From assembly GCA_965200315.1 (NCBI GenBank), contig OZ241362.1, positions 864,001 through 928,000 on the forward strand: 64,000 nt of DNA. Reading direction: 5' to 3'. The position numbers were made by a program, and so were the translations under genes. Source of the stretch: Candidatus Latescibacterota bacterium. GTDB taxonomy: Bacteria > Latescibacterota > UBA2968 > UBA8231. The notes beneath the pieces were generated by a model. It saw only the letters and a list, made by a program, of their open reading frames with translations. It had not been told where the DNA came from and searched no databases. Positions 61,313 to 64,000 of this stretch are shown in pieces. How positions within the stretch are numbered: position 1 is the stretch's first letter; every line of letters begins with the position of its first letter.

Positions 61313-61761
61313 CAAATCACCTCGACCTGACCACCTGCTTTGGCAATTTTCTCTGCTGCCGCAGCGGAGAATTTGTGCGCCTTGACCGTCAGAGGCTGAC
61401 TCAGTTCCCCTTCGCCTAGGATCTTTAGTAGCCTCGATGGCTTGGCTATCAAGCCGGCAGCAGCCATTTCCTCTGGCCCGGCTTCCCCGCTGAGTCCCCG
61501 CTCTTCGAGATCCCGCAGATTGACGACCTGATAGGTCGTTTTGAATTTGCGATTGGAAAAACCCACTTTGGGGATGTGGCGGTACAGCGGCAGCGAACCG
61601 CCAGTAAACCCAACGCGGTTGCCGCGCCTAGCACCAGATCTAGCCCGTTGGCCTTTGTGGCCTTTGCCCGCGGTCTTGCCCGTTCCCGAACCCGGCCCTT
61701 GCCCCAACCGCTTGCGGTTCCGCTTAGACCCCGGAGGGCATTTTATGTTTTCTAGACGCAT
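61312..61761 (-). CDS. rplO: 50S ribosomal protein L15
   Basis: GSGTGKTAGKGHKGQRARSG and PKVGF. Confidence 0.97.
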   Translation of the reverse strand: MRLENIKCPPGSKRNRKRLGQGPGSGTGKTAGKGHKGQRARSGARRGNRVGFTGGSLPLYRHIPKVGFSNRKFKTTYQVVNLRDLEERGLSGEAGPEEMAAAGLIAKPSRLLKILGEGELSQPLTVKAHKFSAAAAEKIAKAGGQVEVI

Positions 61762-61774
61762 AGCAAACCCTCGC

Positions 61775-61957
61775 TTAATTTGCTACTTCTTCAACTGAAA
61801 CCAAGTGTTTGACTTTGGCAATCATACCCCGGATCTGCGGCGTGTCTTCGTGGACGACCTGTTGATATAGGCGCTTGATTCCCAAGGCCGCGATCGTCGC
61901 CTTTTGACCTTTGGCGCGGCCAATGGCACTGCGCCGCTGCGTAATGAGCAATTTCAT
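61775..61957 (-). CDS. rpmD: 50S ribosomal protein L30
   Basis: RSAIGR and DTPQIRGMIAKV. Confidence 0.96.
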   Translation of the reverse strand: MKLLITQRRSAIGRAKGQKATIAALGIKRLYQQVVHEDTPQIRGMIAKVKHLVSVEEVAN

Positions 61958-61963
61958 TGGCTA

Positions 61964-62497
61964 TCAATCCCAAGCGCGGAGCGATTCTACCGGTACACCG
62001 CGTTCCCGAGCAATCATCTCGGCACTGCGCAGTTGCGTCAGTGCTTTGACGGTCGCCTTCACTGAATTCTGCACGTTGTTGGATCCGAGGGATTTGGTCA
62101 GAATATCGTGAACGCCGGCCAATTCCAGTACGATGCGGGTGCCACCGCTGGCGATGATTCCGGTCCCTGGAGTGGCCGGCTTAAAAAGGACTTTGGCTGC
62201 GCCGAAGGCCCCGACGACTTCATGCGGTATGGTCCCATCGGTCACCGGGACCTCGAAGACGTTCTTTTTGGCCGCCTCGGCCCCCTTGCGGATGGCCTCG
62301 GCGATCTCGCCGGCCTTGCCAGCACCAAATCCCACTCGGCCATTGCGGTCGCCAACTACGACCATTGCACTAAAGCTGAAGCGCCGACCGCCCTTGCGCA
62401 CGTGCGAAACTCGCTTGATGCTGTTTTGGACGACGACTTCGCTCAGTTCTGCACCGCTAGGATCGGATTTCGCTTTGCTAGTATCTGCTTTCGCCAC
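61964..62497 (-). CDS. rpsE: 30S ribosomal protein S5
   Basis: [20 protein letters not shown] and KSLGSNN. Confidence 0.98.
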   Translation of the reverse strand: MAKADTSKAKSDPSGAELSEVVVQNSIKRVSHVRKGGRRFSFSAMVVVGDRNGRVGFGAGKAGEIAEAIRKGAEAAKKNVFEVPVTDGTIPHEVVGAFGAAKVLFKPATPGTGIIASGGTRIVLELAGVHDILTKSLGSNNVQNSVKATVKALTQLRSAEMIARERGVPVESLRAWD

Positions 62498-62508
62498 GCC
62501 GTTCTCCC

Positions 62509-62883
62509 TTAGAAATTCAAGCCAGCTTCCCGCGCTCCGTCGGCCACGGCTTTGACTACCCCGTGATAGAGAAATCCGCCGCGGTCAAAGACAACCTGTT
62601 CAATGCCTTTTTCGCGCGCCTTAGCAGCGATCATTTTGCCAACCTCGTGCCCTTGCACCACGCGACTGTCAAACTGCCGTTCCCTTAGCTCCCGAGACTG
62701 AGTGGAAAGCCCTAAAAGGGAATGACCCGCCACGTCGTCGACTAGCTGCACCTCGATATGACGCAAGGAACGATGCACCACCATGCGCGGACGCGTGGCG
62801 GTGCCGGAGACGATCTTGCGCAGCCGGTGTCGCCGCCGCTGATGCCGCTGGCGATTCTCAACCAAGTGTTTTTTGTCTTTCAT
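62509..62883 (-). CDS. rplR: 50S ribosomal protein L18
   Basis: RPRM and [12 protein letters not shown]. Confidence 0.97.
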   Translation of the reverse strand: MKDKKHLVENRQRHQRRRHRLRKIVSGTATRPRMVVHRSLRHIEVQLVDDVAGHSLLGLSTQSRELRERQFDSRVVQGHEVGKMIAAKAREKGIEQVVFDRGGFLYHGVVKAVADGAREAGLNF

Positions 62884-63440
62884 TAGCCTACGGCCGCCTT
62901 GCCCTGTTTCCAGTGAATAGTCTCGTTCTCATAGCGGATCCCCTTGCCCTTGTAGGGCTCCGGGCGGCGCTTGAAGCGAATATCGGCGGCCACCTGACCT
63001 ACGAGCTGCTTGTCGATGCCCCTGACGACGATGCGGGCTTGTGCCCCACCCGTACCTGGGGACACTTCGACTTGGATCTGCTCGGGCACCTCGTAGATCA
63101 CTGGATGCGAATAACCTACATGGAGCACGAGCTGTTTGCCTTGGATCTCGGCCCGGTACCCTACGCCGAATAGATCTAAGTTCTTGAAAAAACCCTCGGA
63201 GACTCCTTCGACCGCGTTGGCGATCAAAGTTCGGGTCAATCCGTGTAGGGAGCGAGCCTGTTTACTTTCCCTTTTCCGCGTCACCGTTAAAACGCTGTCT
63301 TGCTGATCCACAGCGAGGTGTTCAGCGACAAATGACACCTGTAACTGGCCCTTTGGTCCTTTTACGGAGACCTTGGCAGGAGCCAACGCGACTTCAACAC
63401 CCTGTGGTAGAGGAAGGGATTTGTTGCCTATGCGCGACAA
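62883..63440 (-). CDS. rplF: 50S ribosomal protein L6
   Basis: MSRIGNK, GYSHP and [11 protein letters not shown]. Confidence 0.98.
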   Translation of the reverse strand: MSRIGNKSLPLPQGVEVALAPAKVSVKGPKGQLQVSFVAEHLAVDQQDSVLTVTRKRESKQARSLHGLTRTLIANAVEGVSEGFFKNLDLFGVGYRAEIQGKQLVLHVGYSHPVIYEVPEQIQVEVSPGTGGAQARIVVRGIDKQLVGQVAADIRFKRRPEPYKGKGIRYENETIHWKQGKAAVG

Positions 63441-63465
63441 TCTAATATTCTCCCAGTGGCTTCAT

Positions 63466-63864
63466 TTACCAGATACTACAGAGGATCTCGCCGCCTACGC
63501 CGTTCATCCTCGCTTGTTTATCCGTCATCACTCCCTTAGAGGTGGAGACGATAGCGATGCCCAAGCCGCGGAGCACACGCGGGACATCGGCTTTACCCGC
63601 ATATTGACGCAACCCGGGCTTGCTGACGCGCTCTAGCCCGCGAATGATGCTATTGTCATTCTGATCGTAGCGCAGATAGAGCCGCAAAATGCCCTGCTTG
63701 CTGTCTTCGATAAAAGCGAAGTTGTCGATAAAACGGGACTCGGCTAATACGCGGGCCACTTCGCGCTTCAGCTTGGAGGCAGGGACGTCAACTCTCGAAT
63801 GCTTGGCACTACAGGCGTTGCGAATGCGGGTCAACATATCCGCTAGGGGATCCGTCATACTCAT
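63466..63864 (-). CDS. rpsH: 30S ribosomal protein S8
   Basis: TDPLADMLTRIRNA, VSKPGLR and GGEILC. Confidence 0.98.
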   Translation of the reverse strand: MSMTDPLADMLTRIRNACSAKHSRVDVPASKLKREVARVLAESRFIDNFAFIEDSKQGILRLYLRYDQNDNSIIRGLERVSKPGLRQYAGKADVPRVLRGLGIAIVSTSKGVMTDKQARMNGVGGEILCSIW

Positions 63865-63886
63865 ATTGATTTCTCCAACCTGCTAC

Positions 63887-64000
63887 CTACCAGCTCGCCT
63901 TGCTGACACCCGGAATCTCGCCCTTGAGGGCCAACTCGCGAAAACAGATGCGGCACAGTCCGAACTTGCGATATACTGCACGCGGACGCCCACAGCGGTG
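63887..64000 (-). CDS. rpsN: 30S ribosomal protein S14, type Z; 5' end outside the window
   Basis: Manual translation: [37 protein letters not shown]. Confidence 0.96.
   Translation of the reverse strand, partial: HRCGRPRAVYRKFGLCRICFRELALKGEIPGVSKASW

Overview
High-GC (about 63-65% by eye) bacterial chromosomal segment. Gene content is reminiscent of Ca. Latescibacterota-like marine or sponge-associated lineages (inference only). The left 35 kb holds catabolic and envelope genes: class V aminotransferase, M20 peptidase, sialidase, enolase-superfamily enzyme, RraA, ABC substrate-binding protein, FKBP, AKR, PhyH, EamA, SPL-like radical SAM plus SDR, M48, RND efflux, CysQ, non-canonical PolX-PHP and uridine kinase. 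These are repeatedly interrupted by lower-GC, integrase-free inserts, mostly defence genes broken by deletions: an AAA stub, a DNA-MTase tail, a PLD-type RM system and an HTH-REase/MTase pair. One insert is intact, an AAA-ATPase plus DUF3226-like cassette bracketed by a 94-bp duplication of the 3' end of the neighbouring oxidoreductase gene. The right half has a tightly coupled MoxR-DUF58-Bat operon with a nested GldA/GldF/tandem-GldG/DUF4340 ABC module, a ClpX-like ATPase lacking the zinc-binding domain, a pseudo-receiver sigma54 activator, rlmD, and the spc/alpha ribosomal operons (partial S14 gene to rplQ). Core genes checked by hand are strongly depleted in CCWGG and enriched in its C>T products. 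No tRNA, rRNA, CRISPR array, integrase or transposase was seen.
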